A stretch of 64,000 bases of DNA from Escherichia coli (GCF_003019035.1 NZ_CP027447.1), one strand, 5' to 3'. Positions 1-11,245 are shown, numbered from the stretch's first letter. Translations and numbers: made by a program. Notes: generated by a model from the letters alone, not told the origin.

Positions 1-135
1 CGAATGACCTAACTCGCGGGCGATAAGCTGCATTTGCGCTTCGCTAAGATTATCGGCGGGGAAAACAACACCGGCAGAATTGCCGCGAAACGGTTGAGAG
101 GTAAAAGCATCGACGTGGTAAACCTGCGGTTTCAT
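1..135 (-). CDS. yddE: PhzF-family isomerase-like protein, N-terminal fragment (gene runs off window start)
   Basis: Minus-strand translation from ATG at 133-135 reads MKPQVYHVDAFTSQPFRGNSAGVVFPADNLSEAQMQLIARELG; AGGAGA RBS upstream; position next to narV matches E. coli gene order. Confidence 0.6.
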   Translation of the reverse strand, partial: MKPQVYHVDAFTSQPFRGNSAGVVFPADNLSEAQMQLIARELGHS

Positions 136-214
136 TAATGTTCTCCTGTGGCTGGAGAACTATCATAGCCTGCAAGTGGCCGGAGAGCGAAGAGCTATCC
201 GGCCCGCGAGAGAA

Positions 215-895
215 TTAACGCCGCGAACGCACAATCTGATACCGACGAGTAAAGTACTCAAACGGCGCGCTCCAGACATGCACCAGTCGGGTGAACGGGA
301 AGAGCAGAAAGATGGTCATTCCAAGCACCAGATGAACGCGGAATATAAAGGCGACACCATCAAGATGCGTAGATGCACCGCCCTGGAAAGTGACAATGCT
401 TTGCGCCCAGCCCACCAGCTTCATCATTTCACTGCCGTCCGGATGTTGTGCTGAAAAAGGAATGGTGGTTAACCCAAGAATGCACTGAATTAACAAAATG
501 GCGAGGATCAGGATATCCGCACCAGAAGACGTCGCCCTGATACGCGGATTTGTTAAACGACGCACCAGTAGCCCCGCACCGCCAATCAGCGTCAATACCC
601 CGCATATTCCGCCGAGGATCATCGCCATCTGCTGTTTTACCGCCACCGGCAGAAACCACGCGTACATCCAGTGCGGTGTTAACATGCCGAACAGGTGCCC
701 GAAGAAAATCCCCAAAATGCCGATATGGAACAGATTCGACCATATCACCATCCCACGTTTATCGAGCATCTGGCTCGAGGAGGCGCGCCAGGTGTACTGC
801 CCGTAGTCATAGCGCAGCCAGCTGCCAAGGAAAAACACCGTCGCACAAATGTACGGGTAGATATCGTAAAAAAAGACGTTCAGATACTGAATCAT
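215..895 (-). CDS. narV: Respiratory nitrate reductase Z gamma subunit (cytochrome b, NarI family)
   Basis: 226-aa hydrophobic ORF with His-rich transmembrane heme-binding pattern; last gene of narZYWV cluster. Confidence 0.9.
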   Translation of the reverse strand: MIQYLNVFFYDIYPYICATVFFLGSWLRYDYGQYTWRASSSQMLDKRGMVIWSNLFHIGILGIFFGHLFGMLTPHWMYAWFLPVAVKQQMAMILGGICGVLTLIGGAGLLVRRLTNPRIRATSSGADILILAILLIQCILGLTTIPFSAQHPDGSEMMKLVGWAQSIVTFQGGASTHLDGVAFIFRVHLVLGMTIFLLFPFTRLVHVWSAPFEYFTRRYQIVRSRR

Positions 896-1587
896 TTCCC
901 ACCTCCCGCACTGATGTCGACATATTGCGGCGCGACATCCTGGCTAAAGCGTCGCTGATATTGATTAAGCGGCGAGCTGTCACACGCCGTGGCGTTATCT
1001 TCAATAAACTTCACCTGTTCCTCTTCCCACACCGCATCCAGTGCCTGGCGGGTGTCATCGCGCTCCTCACTGTTCACCTGTTTTGTGACACTGTCACTTG
1101 AAAGTGTACTTCCTGCCAGTTGCAACAGGGTGTCAAATAACGCGTACCACGGTGCCTCGCGTTGTTTTAAGCGTCCGCCAAGCAGGGCGAGGATCGGCGC
1201 AACGTTGAGCAAGCCTTCTTTCGCCTGATCGTCCGGCAGTACGCTTAAGTACTCCAGATACAGCGGTAGATAATCGGGCAGTTCTCGACAATCCAACTGC
1301 AGGCCGACCTTTTCATACTCCGCCAGCAGGTCCACCATTGCCTGGCCGCGATCGCGGGACTCGGCATGAACATGTTCGAACAGCAGCAGCGATGTGGTAC
1401 GTCCACGGTCAAACACTTCGCACCATTCGGCCTGTTTATCCAGCAGCGGCGCGTTAAGCAGGTTGCGGGTGAAATCCGTAAGCATCGGCGCGTCGCGGCG
1501 GATCAACGCCAGCGCGTCCTCCTTGCATTCCCACAACAGCTCGTCCGGATACTCCATCAACAGGCCGATCACTTTGAGGATCTGCAT
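892..1587 (-). CDS. narW: Nitrate reductase Z assembly chaperone (NarJ family)
   Basis: 231-aa ORF; 4-bp overlap with narV start; position between beta and gamma subunits. Confidence 0.9.
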   Translation of the reverse strand: MQILKVIGLLMEYPDELLWECKEDALALIRRDAPMLTDFTRNLLNAPLLDKQAEWCEVFDRGRTTSLLLFEHVHAESRDRGQAMVDLLAEYEKVGLQLDCRELPDYLPLYLEYLSVLPDDQAKEGLLNVAPILALLGGRLKQREAPWYALFDTLLQLAGSTLSSDSVTKQVNSEERDDTRQALDAVWEEEQVKFIEDNATACDSSPLNQYQRRFSQDVAPQYVDISAGGGK

Positions 1588-3131
1588 TATTCGCCCTCCG
1601 CTTTGTCGCGCACTTCGGTGATGTTGATGGCATCGATACGGCTACTGTTGAACAGGTTGAATTTGCTGTCCGAGCCATGGCAACCGTCGCCAAAGGTAAA
1701 ACCGCAGCCGTTGCGTTCAGCAAAGGCATCGCCCGCCATTTCCCGATGACTGGTTGGAATGACAAAACGGTCTTCATAGTTGGCAATGGCGAGGTAGCGA
1801 TACATCTCTTCGACCTGGGCGACGCTCAGGCCTACTTCGTCAATGGCGCGGGTATCGGTAACGCCTTCCACGGTTTGTGAACGCATATAGTGGCGCATCG
1901 CCATCATCCGTTTCAGCGCCCGCAGTACCGGACCGGTATCGCCGGCACTCAACATATTGGCGAGATATTGCACCGGAATACGCAGGCTCTCGATGGCTGG
2001 GAGCACGCCTTCGCTTTTCGGCAAACCGCCCGCATCAGCGTAAGACTGAATCGGTGACAGCGGCGGAACGTACCAGACCATCGGCAGGGTGCGGTATTCA
2101 GGGTGCAGCGGTAGCGCCAGTTTCCAGTCCATTGCCATTTTGTAGACTGGCGAACGCTGGGCAGCGTCAATCACGTTTTGTGGAATACCTTGTTTCAGGG
2201 CTTCCTCGATCACTGAGGGATCGTGTGGATCGAGGAATACTTCGCACTGGCGTTCATAGAGGTCAACTTCGCGCTCGGTGCTCGCCGCTTCCTCGATGCG
2301 GTCAGCGTCGTAAAGCAGCACGCCCAGATATCGGATGCGACCCACGCAGGTTTCTGAGCACACGGTGGGTTGGCCTGACTCAATTCGCGGATAACAGAAG
2401 ATGCATTTTTCTGACTTGCCGCTTTTCCAGTTGAAGTAGATTTTTTTGTACGGACAACCGCTAATGCACAAACGCCAGCCACGGCATTTATCCTGATCGA
2501 TCAGCACAATGCCGTCTTCTTCGCGTTTGTAGATAGCGCCGCTTGGGCAGGTCGCCACGCAACTGGGATTGAGGCAGTGTTCGCACAAGCGCGGCAGGTA
2601 CATCATGAAGGTGTTTTCAAACTGCCCGTACATCTCCTTTTGCATGGCCTCGAAGTTGCGGTCGCGAGCGCGTTTTTCGAACTCACCGCCCAGTAGTTCT
2701 TCCCAGTTTGGCCCCCAGATCACTTTGTCCATCCGTTTGCCGTCAATCAGTGAACGCGGGCGAGCAGTAGGGATATGTTTGCCTTCCGGTGCGCTATGCA
2801 AATGTTCGTAGTCGAAGGTGAAAGGTTCGTAGTAATCATCAATCTGCGGCACCACCGGGTTGGCGAAGATTTTGGTTATTACGCCCATCTTGCTGCCCAG
2901 ACGCGGGCGGATCTTGCCATTCACATCACGCACCCAGCCGCCTTGCCACTCTTCCTGATCTTCCCAGTTTTTCGGATAACCAATGCCCGGTTTGGTTTCG
3001 ACGTTGTTAAACCATGCGTACTCCATGCCTTCGCGTCCGGTCCAGACGTTTTTACAGGTCACCGAACAGGTATGGCAGCCGATACATTTATCGAGGTTAA
3101 GCACCATGCCGACTTGCGAACGTATTTTCAT
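1587..3131 (-). CDS. narY: Respiratory nitrate reductase Z beta subunit (Fe-S)
   Basis: 514-aa ORF with multiple CxxCxxCxxxCP ferredoxin-type cysteine clusters. Confidence 0.9.
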   Translation of the reverse strand: MKIRSQVGMVLNLDKCIGCHTCSVTCKNVWTGREGMEYAWFNNVETKPGIGYPKNWEDQEEWQGGWVRDVNGKIRPRLGSKMGVITKIFANPVVPQIDDYYEPFTFDYEHLHSAPEGKHIPTARPRSLIDGKRMDKVIWGPNWEELLGGEFEKRARDRNFEAMQKEMYGQFENTFMMYLPRLCEHCLNPSCVATCPSGAIYKREEDGIVLIDQDKCRGWRLCISGCPYKKIYFNWKSGKSEKCIFCYPRIESGQPTVCSETCVGRIRYLGVLLYDADRIEEAASTEREVDLYERQCEVFLDPHDPSVIEEALKQGIPQNVIDAAQRSPVYKMAMDWKLALPLHPEYRTLPMVWYVPPLSPIQSYADAGGLPKSEGVLPAIESLRIPVQYLANMLSAGDTGPVLRALKRMMAMRHYMRSQTVEGVTDTRAIDEVGLSVAQVEEMYRYLAIANYEDRFVIPTSHREMAGDAFAERNGCGFTFGDGCHGSDSKFNLFNSSRIDAINITEVRDKAEGE

Positions 3132-6100
3132 TTTTTCGCCTCCTGTACCTGATCGCGACCTTCATCATCCAGCCAGTTAACGTTCTTCATCTTGCGGATC
3201 ATGATGAATTCGTCGCGGTTCGAGCCGACGGTGCCGTAGTAGTTAAAGCCCCAGGCCAGCTGCGCGTAACCGCCAATCATATGCGTTGGTTTCGGACAAA
3301 CGCGGGTGACCGAGTTATGAATGCCGCCGCGCATGCCAGTTACTTCCGAACCAGGAATATTCATAATGCGTTCCTGGGCGTGATACATCATGGTCATGCC
3401 CGGCGGTACACGTTGGCTGACCACCGCGCGGGCCGTCAGCGCGCCGTTGGCGTTAAACACTTCCACCCAGTCGTTATCGACAATGGTCAGTTCACGGGCA
3501 TCGGTTTCGCTGATCCAGACAATTGGTCCACCGCGAGAGAGCGTCAGCATTAGCAGGTTTTCACTGTAGGTTGAGTGAATGCCCCATTTCTGGTGCGGCG
3601 TCAGGAAGTTAAGTGCTTTTTCCGGGAAGCCGTTTGGCGGTATCTGGCGCATTTCACTGACGCTACGGGTGTCAATAGGCGGGCGATAAGCCACCAGGCT
3701 TTCACCAAAAGCACGCATCCACGGATGATCCTGATAGAGCTGCTGGCGTCCCGACAGCGTGCGCCACGGAATTAACTCATGAACGTTGGTGTATCCCGCG
3801 TTATAGGAAACGTGATCGCTTTCCAGACCGGACCATGTGGGGCTGGAGATAATTTTACGTGGCTGCGCCTGAATATCGCGAAAGCGAATCTTCTCGTCCT
3901 CTTTGTGCAGCGCCAGATGGGTATGTTCGCGTCCGGTGATCTCGCCCAGCGCCTGCCACGCTTTGACTGCAACATGACCGTTGGTTTCCGGTGCAAGAGC
4001 CAGAATCACTTCTGATGCGTCAATGGCGGTGTCAATCAGCGGACGCCCCTGTGCCGGGCCTTCACGCTTGGTGTAGTTGAGTTTGCCGAGGAAATCGATT
4101 TCATCCTGGGTATTCCACGAAATCCCTTTACCGCCGTTGCCAAGTTTGTCCATCAATGGCCCGAGCGAGGTAAAGCGTTCATAGGTAGCAGGGTAGTCGC
4201 GTTCCACCGCCACAATATTGGGCGCGGTTTTACCCGGGATCAGATCGCATTCGCCTTTGCGCCAGTCGAGCACTTCACACGGCTGGGAGAGTTCTGCCGG
4301 AGAGTCATGTAGCAGTGGTTGTAATACCACGTCGGTTTCTTTGCCAAGATGACCCACGCACAGTTGCGAAAATGCTTTGGCGATACCTTTGTAGATTTCC
4401 CAGTCGCTGCGTGATTCCCACGCCGGATCGACCGCCGCAGAAAGCGGATGAATAAACGGATGCATATCCGAGGTGTTCATATCGTCTTTTTCGTACCAGG
4501 TGGCGGTGGGCAGAACGATATCGGAGAACAGGCAGGTACTGGACATACGGAAGTCGAGCGTCACCAGCAGGTCGAGCTTGCCTTCAATCGCCGCAGTTTG
4601 CCACTCGACTTCTTCTGGTTTGATCCCGTCGCTGGCACCGAGTTCCTGACCCTGAATCCCACTTTCGGTTCCCAGCAGATACTTCTGCATATACTCGTGA
4701 CCTTTGCCGGAGGAGCCAAGCAGGTTAGAACGCCAGACAAACAAATTACGCGGATGATTGCTGCCGCTATCTGGTTGTTCGCAGGCCATACGTAAATCGC
4801 CCGATTTCAGCGCCTGGGCGGTGAATTCTGTGGGAGATAATCCGGCCTTGTCGGCTTCAGCTTTAATCCCGAGCGGATTACGCCCCAACTGCGGCGCAGA
4901 AGGTAGCCAGCCCATACGTTCGGCGCGAACGTTGAAATCAATCAGATGACCGCTGTACTTACTGGCATCGGCCAGCGGTGAAAGTAACTCCTGAGCAGAG
5001 ACTTTTTCATAGCGCCATTGGCTGGAATGATTGTAGAAAAACGAGGTGCTGTTCATCTGGCGCGGTGGTCGGTTCCAGTCGAGCGCAAAGGCCAGTGGCA
5101 ACCAGCCGGTTTGCGGGCGCAGTTTTTCCTGACCGACATAGTGTGCCCAGCCGCCACCGCTTTGCCCGACACAACCGCAGAAGATCAGCATGTTGATCAT
5201 CCCACGGTAGTTCATGTCCATGTGATACCAATGGTTGACGCCAGCACCGAGGATAATCATCGAACGCCCATGCGTTTTATGGGCGGTATCGGCAAATTCA
5301 CGGGCGATGGTTTCAATATACTGGCGCGGCACGCCGGTAATTTGCTCACCCCAGGCTGGGGTGTACGGTTTGATTTCAGCGTAATCTTTCGCGCTGTTTT
5401 CATCTTCCAGCCCGCGATCGAGGCCATAATTCGCCAGTACCAAATCATAAACGCTGACGACCGGACAGGTGTTGCCATCGGCTAATGTCAGGTTTTTAAC
5501 GGGCAATTGGCGCACCAGGACCGGATTGTGTTTTACGCGGCGAAAATGCGGATTTTCAATGCCGCCAAAGTAGGGGAAGGCCACGCCTGCAACGGCATCA
5601 TGTTGACCGAGCAGAGTTAACGACAATTCGTTTTCCGTACCGGCGGCAATGGATTCCAGATTCCATTTGCCTTTTTCTCCCCAGCGAAAACCAATCGAAC
5701 CGTTCGGCACCACCAGTTCACCTGCGGTATTAACTGCCACGGTTTTCCACTGCGGATTATTGCTTTCGCCCAGTCCATCTACCAGGTCAGACGCGCGGAC
5801 CATGCGCCCGGGAACGTAGCTGCCGTCGTCGCGAGGTTCCAGCATTACCAGCATCGGCATGTCGCTGTAGCGGCGGCAGTAGTTGATAAAGTAGTCGCTG
5901 GGATTATCGAGATGAAACTCTTTTAAAATGACATGGCCCATTGCCATTGCCAGGGCACTATCAGTGCCTTGTTTCGGTGCCAGCCACTGGTCGCACAATT
6001 TGGCCACTTCAGAGTAGTCAGGGGTAATGGCGATGGTTTTAGTGCCTTTGTAGCGTACTTCGGTAAAGAAATGGGCGTCCGGCGTACGTGTCTGCGGTAC

Positions 6101-6868
6101 GTTAGACCCCCAGGCGATGATGTAACTGGAGTTATACCAGTCGGCAGATTCCGGTACGTCGGTTTGCTCGCCCCAGGTCATCGGCGAGGCGGGCGGCAGG
6201 TCGCAATACCAGTCGTAGAAGCTTAAACAGGTGCCACCTAACAGCGACAGATAACGTGTTCCGGCGGCGTAAGAAACCATCGACATCGCCGGGATCGGCG
6301 AGAAACCGGCAACGCGATCCGGGCCGTAAGTTTTGATGGTCCAGACGTTAGCAGCGGCAATCAGCTGGTTTAGCTCCTGCCAGTTGGAGCGGATAAAGCC
6401 GCCGCGTCCACGTACTTGTTTGTAGCTCAGGCACTTTTGCGGATCGTTCATAATTGATGCCCACGCCAGTACCGGATCGCTGTGTTGCTTGAGGGCTTCG
6501 CGCCACAGTTCAATCAGTCGTTTACGAATGAGCGGGTATTTCAGGCGGTTAGCGCTGTAGAGATACCAGGAGTAACTTGCGCCACGCGGGCAGCCGCGAG
6601 GTTCGTGATTTGGCAGGTCAGGGCGAGTGCGCGGGTAGTCGGTCTGTTGGATTTCCCAGGTCACCAGACCATTTTTAACGTAGATTTTCCAGCTACAGGA
6701 GCCTGTACAGTTAACACCGTGGGTGGAACGCACGATTTTGTCGAACTGCCAACGCTGGCGATAGCTGTCCTCCCAGTCGCGGTTGCTATGCATCACCTGT
6801 CCGTGACCATCGGCAAAGGTTTCGCCCTTTTGTTTGAAGTAGCGAAAGCGATCCAAAAGTTTACTCAT
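3128..6868 (-). CDS. narZ: Respiratory nitrate reductase Z alpha subunit (molybdopterin catalytic subunit)
   Basis: Long ORF 3128..6991; likely true start at ATG 6866-6868 (MSKLLDRFRYFKQKGETF) preceded by GGAG RBS, giving about 1246 aa. Confidence 0.9.
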   Translation of the reverse strand: MSKLLDRFRYFKQKGETFADGHGQVMHSNRDWEDSYRQRWQFDKIVRSTHGVNCTGSCSWKIYVKNGLVTWEIQQTDYPRTRPDLPNHEPRGCPRGASYSWYLYSANRLKYPLIRKRLIELWREALKQHSDPVLAWASIMNDPQKCLSYKQVRGRGGFIRSNWQELNQLIAAANVWTIKTYGPDRVAGFSPIPAMSMVSYAAGTRYLSLLGGTCLSFYDWYCDLPPASPMTWGEQTDVPESADWYNSSYIIAWGSNVPQTRTPDAHFFTEVRYKGTKTIAITPDYSEVAKLCDQWLAPKQGTDSALAMAMGHVILKEFHLDNPSDYFINYCRRYSDMPMLVMLEPRDDGSYVPGRMVRASDLVDGLGESNNPQWKTVAVNTAGELVVPNGSIGFRWGEKGKWNLESIAAGTENELSLTLLGQHDAVAGVAFPYFGGIENPHFRRVKHNPVLVRQLPVKNLTLADGNTCPVVSVYDLVLANYGLDRGLEDENSAKDYAEIKPYTPAWGEQITGVPRQYIETIAREFADTAHKTHGRSMIILGAGVNHWYHMDMNYRGMINMLIFCGCVGQSGGGWAHYVGQEKLRPQTGWLPLAFALDWNRPPRQMNSTSFFYNHSSQWRYEKVSAQELLSPLADASKYSGHLIDFNVRAERMGWLPSAPQLGRNPLGIKAEADKAGLSPTEFTAQALKSGDLRMACEQPDSGSNHPRNLFVWRSNLLGSSGKGHEYMQKYLLGTESGIQGQELGASDGIKPEEVEWQTAAIEGKLDLLVTLDFRMSSTCLFSDIVLPTATWYEKDDMNTSDMHPFIHPLSAAVDPAWESRSDWEIYKGIAKAFSQLCVGHLGKETDVVLQPLLHDSPAELSQPCEVLDWRKGECDLIPGKTAPNIVAVERDYPATYERFTSLGPLMDKLGNGGKGISWNTQDEIDFLGKLNYTKREGPAQGRPLIDTAIDASEVILALAPETNGHVAVKAWQALGEITGREHTHLALHKEDEKIRFRDIQAQPRKIISSPTWSGLESDHVSYNAGYTNVHELIPWRTLSGRQQLYQDHPWMRAFGESLVAYRPPIDTRSVSEMRQIPPNGFPEKALNFLTPHQKWGIHSTYSENLLMLTLSRGGPIVWISETDARELTIVDNDWVEVFNANGALTARAVVSQRVPPGMTMMYHAQERIMNIPGSEVTGMRGGIHNSVTRVCPKPTHMIGGYAQLAWGFNYYGTVGSNRDEFIMIRKMKNVNWLDDEGRDQVQEAKK

Positions 6869-6903
6869 GACATAACTCCTGCTCCAGGAATGAATTGGGA
6901 TCT

Positions 6904-6957
6904 GATGCCTTGTCGGACGCGACACGGTTGTAGCCTGATAAGACGTGTCAGGCATCG
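6904..6957. repeat. REP-like palindromic element in narU-narZ intergenic region
   Basis: Inverted repeat GCCTGA...TCAGGC nested in GATGCC...GGCATC; resembles enterobacterial REP units. Confidence 0.4.
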
Positions 6958-6962
6958 ATCTC

Positions 6963-8351
6963 TTATTTTTGGCTGAACTTCCGCCGACCATAAACCAGCC
7001 AGGTCAGTAGCACGCAAACGATGTAGAAGATTAAAAACACTTTCATCGCGCCCACCGGAGAGCCGGTCATATTGAGCGACATGCCAAACGCCTGCGGAAT
7101 AAAAAAGCCGCCCACTGCGCCAATGGCTGAGATAAAGCCCAGAGCGGCTGCCGTTTCGGTGACGGCTTCTCTTTGAGCTTGCTCATCACTACCGCCTTTC
7201 ATCTTCACCCGATAAATGGTTATCTGGCGAAAGATGACGGCGATCATCTGGAAAGTAGAACCACTTCCCAGACCCGCGGTCAGAAACAGCCCCATAAATA
7301 CGGCGTAAAATGCGATGAAATTACCGGAGCCTGTGCCCGGTAAGGTAAGGAACAGCAGGGCGCTGAAAATCGCCATAAAAATGAAGTTGATCAACGTCAC
7401 CCGCACGCCGCCGAATTTATCGGAAATAGCACCACCAACCGATCGCGCGATGGCACCGATAAATGGGCCAAAGAACGCCAGGCGCAGAATATTCACATCC
7501 GGGAACTGAGTTTTCGCCAGCATGGCAAAACCCGCAGAAAAACCGATAAACGAACCGAAGGTGGCAAGGTAAAGCAGGCTCAGCAGCCAGAGATGCAGGC
7601 GTTGTAACACTGGCAGCTGGTCGGCAATTGACGCGCGTGAACTGGCGATATCATTCATCCCTGACCAGGCGGCGATCGTGGCAATCGCCAGTAATGGCAC
7701 CCAAATCCATGCGGCATTCGCCAGCGACATCACCGAACCGTCGGCCTGCGGTACGCCATTGACGCCGAGAAAGGCAAATACGGGTACAAAAATGACCAGC
7801 GGTGCAACCAGCTGCATCACACTTACACCTAAGTTTCCTAATCCGCCATTAATCCCAAGTGCGCTCCCTTGTTTGGCTTTTGGGAAGAAGAAACTGATAT
7901 TGCCCATGCTCGAAGCAAAGTTCGCACCTGCAAAACCGCATAGCAAAGCGATAACGATAAATATCCCAAAAGGAGTATTCGGATTCTGCACGGCAATTCC
8001 GAGCCAGACGCAAGGAATAATCAGGATTGCAGTACTAAAAACCGTCCATCGGCGTCCACCGAATATAGGCACCATAAAGGAGTAGGGGACACGCAATAAT
8101 GCGCCAGAAACGGAGGGTAATGCGGTTAATAAAAAGAGTTGATCGGTAGTGAAATTAAAACCGATTTTATTGAGATTAACAGTAACTGCGCTAAATAGCA
8201 TCCAGACACAGAAGGCAAGAAGTAGACAACTGACTGATATCCAGAGGTTTCTTCGTGCAATATGTTTTCCTTTATTTTCCCAGAAGGCCGGATTTTCTGG
8301 TTTCCAGTCGCGTAAAAGATAACGACTATTTTTCTCATTTTGCAGTGCCAT
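6963..8351 (-). CDS. narU: Nitrate/nitrite transporter (MFS, NarK family)
   Basis: ORF 6963..8393; probable start at ATG 8349-8351 (MALQNEKNSRYLLRDW), about 462 aa; multi-pass membrane protein upstream of narZ. Confidence 0.85.
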   Translation of the reverse strand: MALQNEKNSRYLLRDWKPENPAFWENKGKHIARRNLWISVSCLLLAFCVWMLFSAVTVNLNKIGFNFTTDQLFLLTALPSVSGALLRVPYSFMVPIFGGRRWTVFSTAILIIPCVWLGIAVQNPNTPFGIFIVIALLCGFAGANFASSMGNISFFFPKAKQGSALGINGGLGNLGVSVMQLVAPLVIFVPVFAFLGVNGVPQADGSVMSLANAAWIWVPLLAIATIAAWSGMNDIASSRASIADQLPVLQRLHLWLLSLLYLATFGSFIGFSAGFAMLAKTQFPDVNILRLAFFGPFIGAIARSVGGAISDKFGGVRVTLINFIFMAIFSALLFLTLPGTGSGNFIAFYAVFMGLFLTAGLGSGSTFQMIAVIFRQITIYRVKMKGGSDEQAQREAVTETAAALGFISAIGAVGGFFIPQAFGMSLNMTGSPVGAMKVFLIFYIVCVLLTWLVYGRRKFSQK

Positions 8352-8660
8352 ATTGTTCCTCACATGCACACATTGGTAATGAAAAAAAGACAAAACAGGA
8401 GGTAAGGCGCAATAGCCAATTATTAGAATTAAGGATGAATCAGGTGAAGTGCTGATTAGAAGAATAGATAAGAAAGCGTAACTGCGGAGGCAGAATGTGG
8501 ATTAAACAGACAGATATGTGTTACTAAATGTAACCATCAAACGGGGGTTAATCTTTGAACGTATGTCATGTTTCAACCCTTCAGATCGTGAATCTAAAGG
8601 GTTGCATATTAACTATATTCACAACAAGACCAGACACTTATAGAATTAGTGATGATTTAT

Positions 8661-9917
8661 TCACTGAAAAGGCCATGAGCTGGAGGAAAACGATCTGTCC
8701 AGAAAGTCTATCGGTTCCTCTCTTATCGCCTCATTGTAATAATCGTTATTACAGTAAGTATTGTTTATTTCATCTAATGTCATATTTTTAGTTTTTATAT
8801 TCATCTGATTTACAACTTCTTCTGTTTTATAAGTGTGTATATTATATGGGGTATATGCTTCTTTAATAGTATAGTGAAACAATTCGTTATCCACATCTAC
8901 TCCGTCAGAGTGAACTTCAAATGCACCAGGCGAAAGAATTGCCAGGCCAGTATTAAGCTTAAGTGCTGGGGAAAATAAATTAAATAACATGAGCTGCATA
9001 GTAGGGCAATTGTTCTTCCCAGAAACATTTAAAAAATTTAAGTTTTTGCTCTGTTTTATTATGGGGAATAAAGTTCCAATATCGGATGTATTCTTAGTGT
9101 CAATGCGGGTTATTTTATTATTGTCCAGCCTTAAACTTTTGATAGATGAAAGATAAGTCAGGAAATGAAGGTTTATTTTTTCCAACTGATTGTTCGCAGC
9201 GTTTAATGTCTGAACATTGCAGAAGTTGCTAAAGAATATTTTAATTTCAGAAAGCAAGTTGTTGTTGATAAGTAACGTATTCAAGTTGGGGAATAAGGCA
9301 TTATGTAAACTTGTTAGTTTATTATGGGATAGATCCAGCAGTAAAAGTTCATCTTTATTTCCTGCCACAATATCAGTTAATTGATTGTGGCTGAGATTCA
9401 GGTACTGCAGCCTTTCGCAACATTCTAATTGCACAAACTCTAGTTGATTATGTGCCGCACTAAAATAAGTAATTGATGAAAGCCGATCTATATCAATATT
9501 TCTGAGAGAATTATTATTCATAGATATATGTGTAATGCTTACATTTCTACCTTGAGGCAAATTTATTGACTCAAGAGCATTACTATTCAGACTAAGCTTT
9601 ACGAGTCTATCGTAGGTGGTTGTATCAAAATGTGTGAGTTGGTTATTATCAAGATTGATAGAGGTGAAGTTTTGCAGCCCTGGTGGTTGGGTAGTTAAAT
9701 TAAGTCCTGATAAATCAATATCATTCTGTTTCGACAAAAAAGCACAATTTATCCTTTTAGCGGCTTCGTTTCGGCATTCCGGACGATGGATTTCACCTGT
9801 AAGTATGCGTTCTGCTTTCCATTGATTTAATTCGAGCATCCAGTTAAATTCATTTTTTTCTGGATGTTGCTGTATGGATTGTGGATTTATTTTATTAAAT
9901 ATTGAAGGGAATTTCAT
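8661..9917 (-). CDS. Leucine-rich repeat protein (YddK-like)
   Basis: 418-aa ORF with many LxxLxLxxNxL repeats (e.g. LQYLNLSHNQLTDI, LLLLDLSHNKLTSL); AT-rich coding sequence. Confidence 0.7.
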   Translation of the reverse strand: MKFPSIFNKINPQSIQQHPEKNEFNWMLELNQWKAERILTGEIHRPECRNEAAKRINCAFLSKQNDIDLSGLNLTTQPPGLQNFTSINLDNNQLTHFDTTTYDRLVKLSLNSNALESINLPQGRNVSITHISMNNNSLRNIDIDRLSSITYFSAAHNQLEFVQLECCERLQYLNLSHNQLTDIVAGNKDELLLLDLSHNKLTSLHNALFPNLNTLLINNNLLSEIKIFFSNFCNVQTLNAANNQLEKINLHFLTYLSSIKSLRLDNNKITRIDTKNTSDIGTLFPIIKQSKNLNFLNVSGKNNCPTMQLMLFNLFSPALKLNTGLAILSPGAFEVHSDGVDVDNELFHYTIKEAYTPYNIHTYKTEEVVNQMNIKTKNMTLDEINNTYCNNDYYNEAIREEPIDFLDRSFSSSSWPFQ

Positions 9918-9979
9918 AACTGCTCCGTAGTAATGCTTTATTTTAATGATTTATTACCCTTGATAAATCAGGATGTGTT

Positions 9980-11245
9980 TTATAACTCTGTTGTAAAGGA
10001 TTGGCTTAACCAATTATTGGATGTTGGACCAAAACCTAAGGAAGGTTTATCCTCATTATGAATATAATAACAGACGGGTGTGCCCGTTGGGTCCTTTAGC
10101 CCCGAGTGTGAGGGTAGAGAAGAGGAATTTGACTTATAGTCACCAACCCCGTACATGCGACGCATAGGCAGAATAGCTTTTAGTTCTGCGTCAGAAAATA
10201 TTGTTTCTTCTTCTATTAAGGCGTACTCTCTGGAATAATATTTTGATCTATAACGAATAGACATTGAGTCATTTTCTTTTATATGATTTCCTTCGGAATT
10301 CTCGCTTACTTCTACAAGATGTTCATCGCTGGTATCGATATTTGTGATTGCCAGGTTATAAGATAAATCAATGGTCACTTCATTAGTGTCATCAATTATA
10401 TTTCTTACTGCAGTCCAGTACTGCATTTGGGCAAGTGGATCATTGTTGATGCCGTTAACTAATACATGCCAAAGATGTTTTGATGATATTAATTGATCAA
10501 TGTCATCTGTTGGCAATAAATTGTTATTGCTTAAGTTTAAATATTCCAGTTTTGTAGTGGTTTTCGCGTTTAAATGTGCAATATGGTTGTCGTTTAAAGT
10601 GATTTTCTCCACTATGGGGTGATTGTGTAATATAAGGTCATTGATCATGTTGTGATGGGCACTTAACTCAATCAGAGATTCTTGCCGGGAGAGATCCAGC
10701 GATGCTAGTTTGTTATAATCAAGATTAAGAAATTTCAGTTTATAACTATCAGAAATATTAATTTTTGTCAGGTTGTTATTTTGCGCTTCCAGGTTAACCA
10801 ATGAAAGCTGATTTTTTAAATCCAAATTTTCCAGATTATTGTGATCAATATAAATATTTTCCAGTTTTGATTGATTTGGAAAGGTTATCGTTTTAATTTT
10901 ATTAAAGCTGAGGTTGATATTGACGAGGCTGGCATTGTCAGTAAAGTCAAGACAAGTGAGACAATTGTTTTCCAGATTTAACGTGTTAACTGTCGAGGGG
11001 ATAGGGGGTAACTCACTCAAATCAAGATATGACAAATCAAGAGATGCCATGTTCGAATTGTAAGCTTCTTTAATTCGCTCCACGGCAATTGCTCTTTCTT
11101 CACCATTATTAAGCGACTTATTACCCCATTGTGCCAGTCGTTCACAAAAATTGCTGGAGATGGTTTTTTTGTTAGGTAATGCGTTATTTAATTGATAACT
11201 GGCATTATTTTTTACACAAGCTGTATTAATATTGGTCATAATCAC
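9980..11245 (-). CDS. Leucine-rich repeat protein, paralogue of the preceding gene
   Basis: 421-aa ORF with repeated LxxLxLxxNxL units (LVNINLSFNKIKTI, LKFLNLDYNKLASLDLS); AT-rich. Confidence 0.7.
   Translation of the reverse strand: MIMTNINTACVKNNASYQLNNALPNKKTISSNFCERLAQWGNKSLNNGEERAIAVERIKEAYNSNMASLDLSYLDLSELPPIPSTVNTLNLENNCLTCLDFTDNASLVNINLSFNKIKTITFPNQSKLENIYIDHNNLENLDLKNQLSLVNLEAQNNNLTKINISDSYKLKFLNLDYNKLASLDLSRQESLIELSAHHNMINDLILHNHPIVEKITLNDNHIAHLNAKTTTKLEYLNLSNNNLLPTDDIDQLISSKHLWHVLVNGINNDPLAQMQYWTAVRNIIDDTNEVTIDLSYNLAITNIDTSDEHLVEVSENSEGNHIKENDSMSIRYRSKYYSREYALIEEETIFSDAELKAILPMRRMYGVGDYKSNSSSLPSHSGLKDPTGTPVCYYIHNEDKPSLGFGPTSNNWLSQSFTTEL

Noticed and set aside
8560-8600. Hairpin AACCCTT...AAGGGTT downstream of the first LRR gene as a terminator
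   Set aside because: Not followed by a T-run on the relevant strand, so it is not a convincing intrinsic terminator.
8661-11245. LRR proteins as IpaH-type E3 ubiquitin ligase effectors
   Set aside because: Only the LRR portion is recognisable; the C-terminal regions do not show an obvious novel-E3-ligase domain, so I list them as LRR proteins only.
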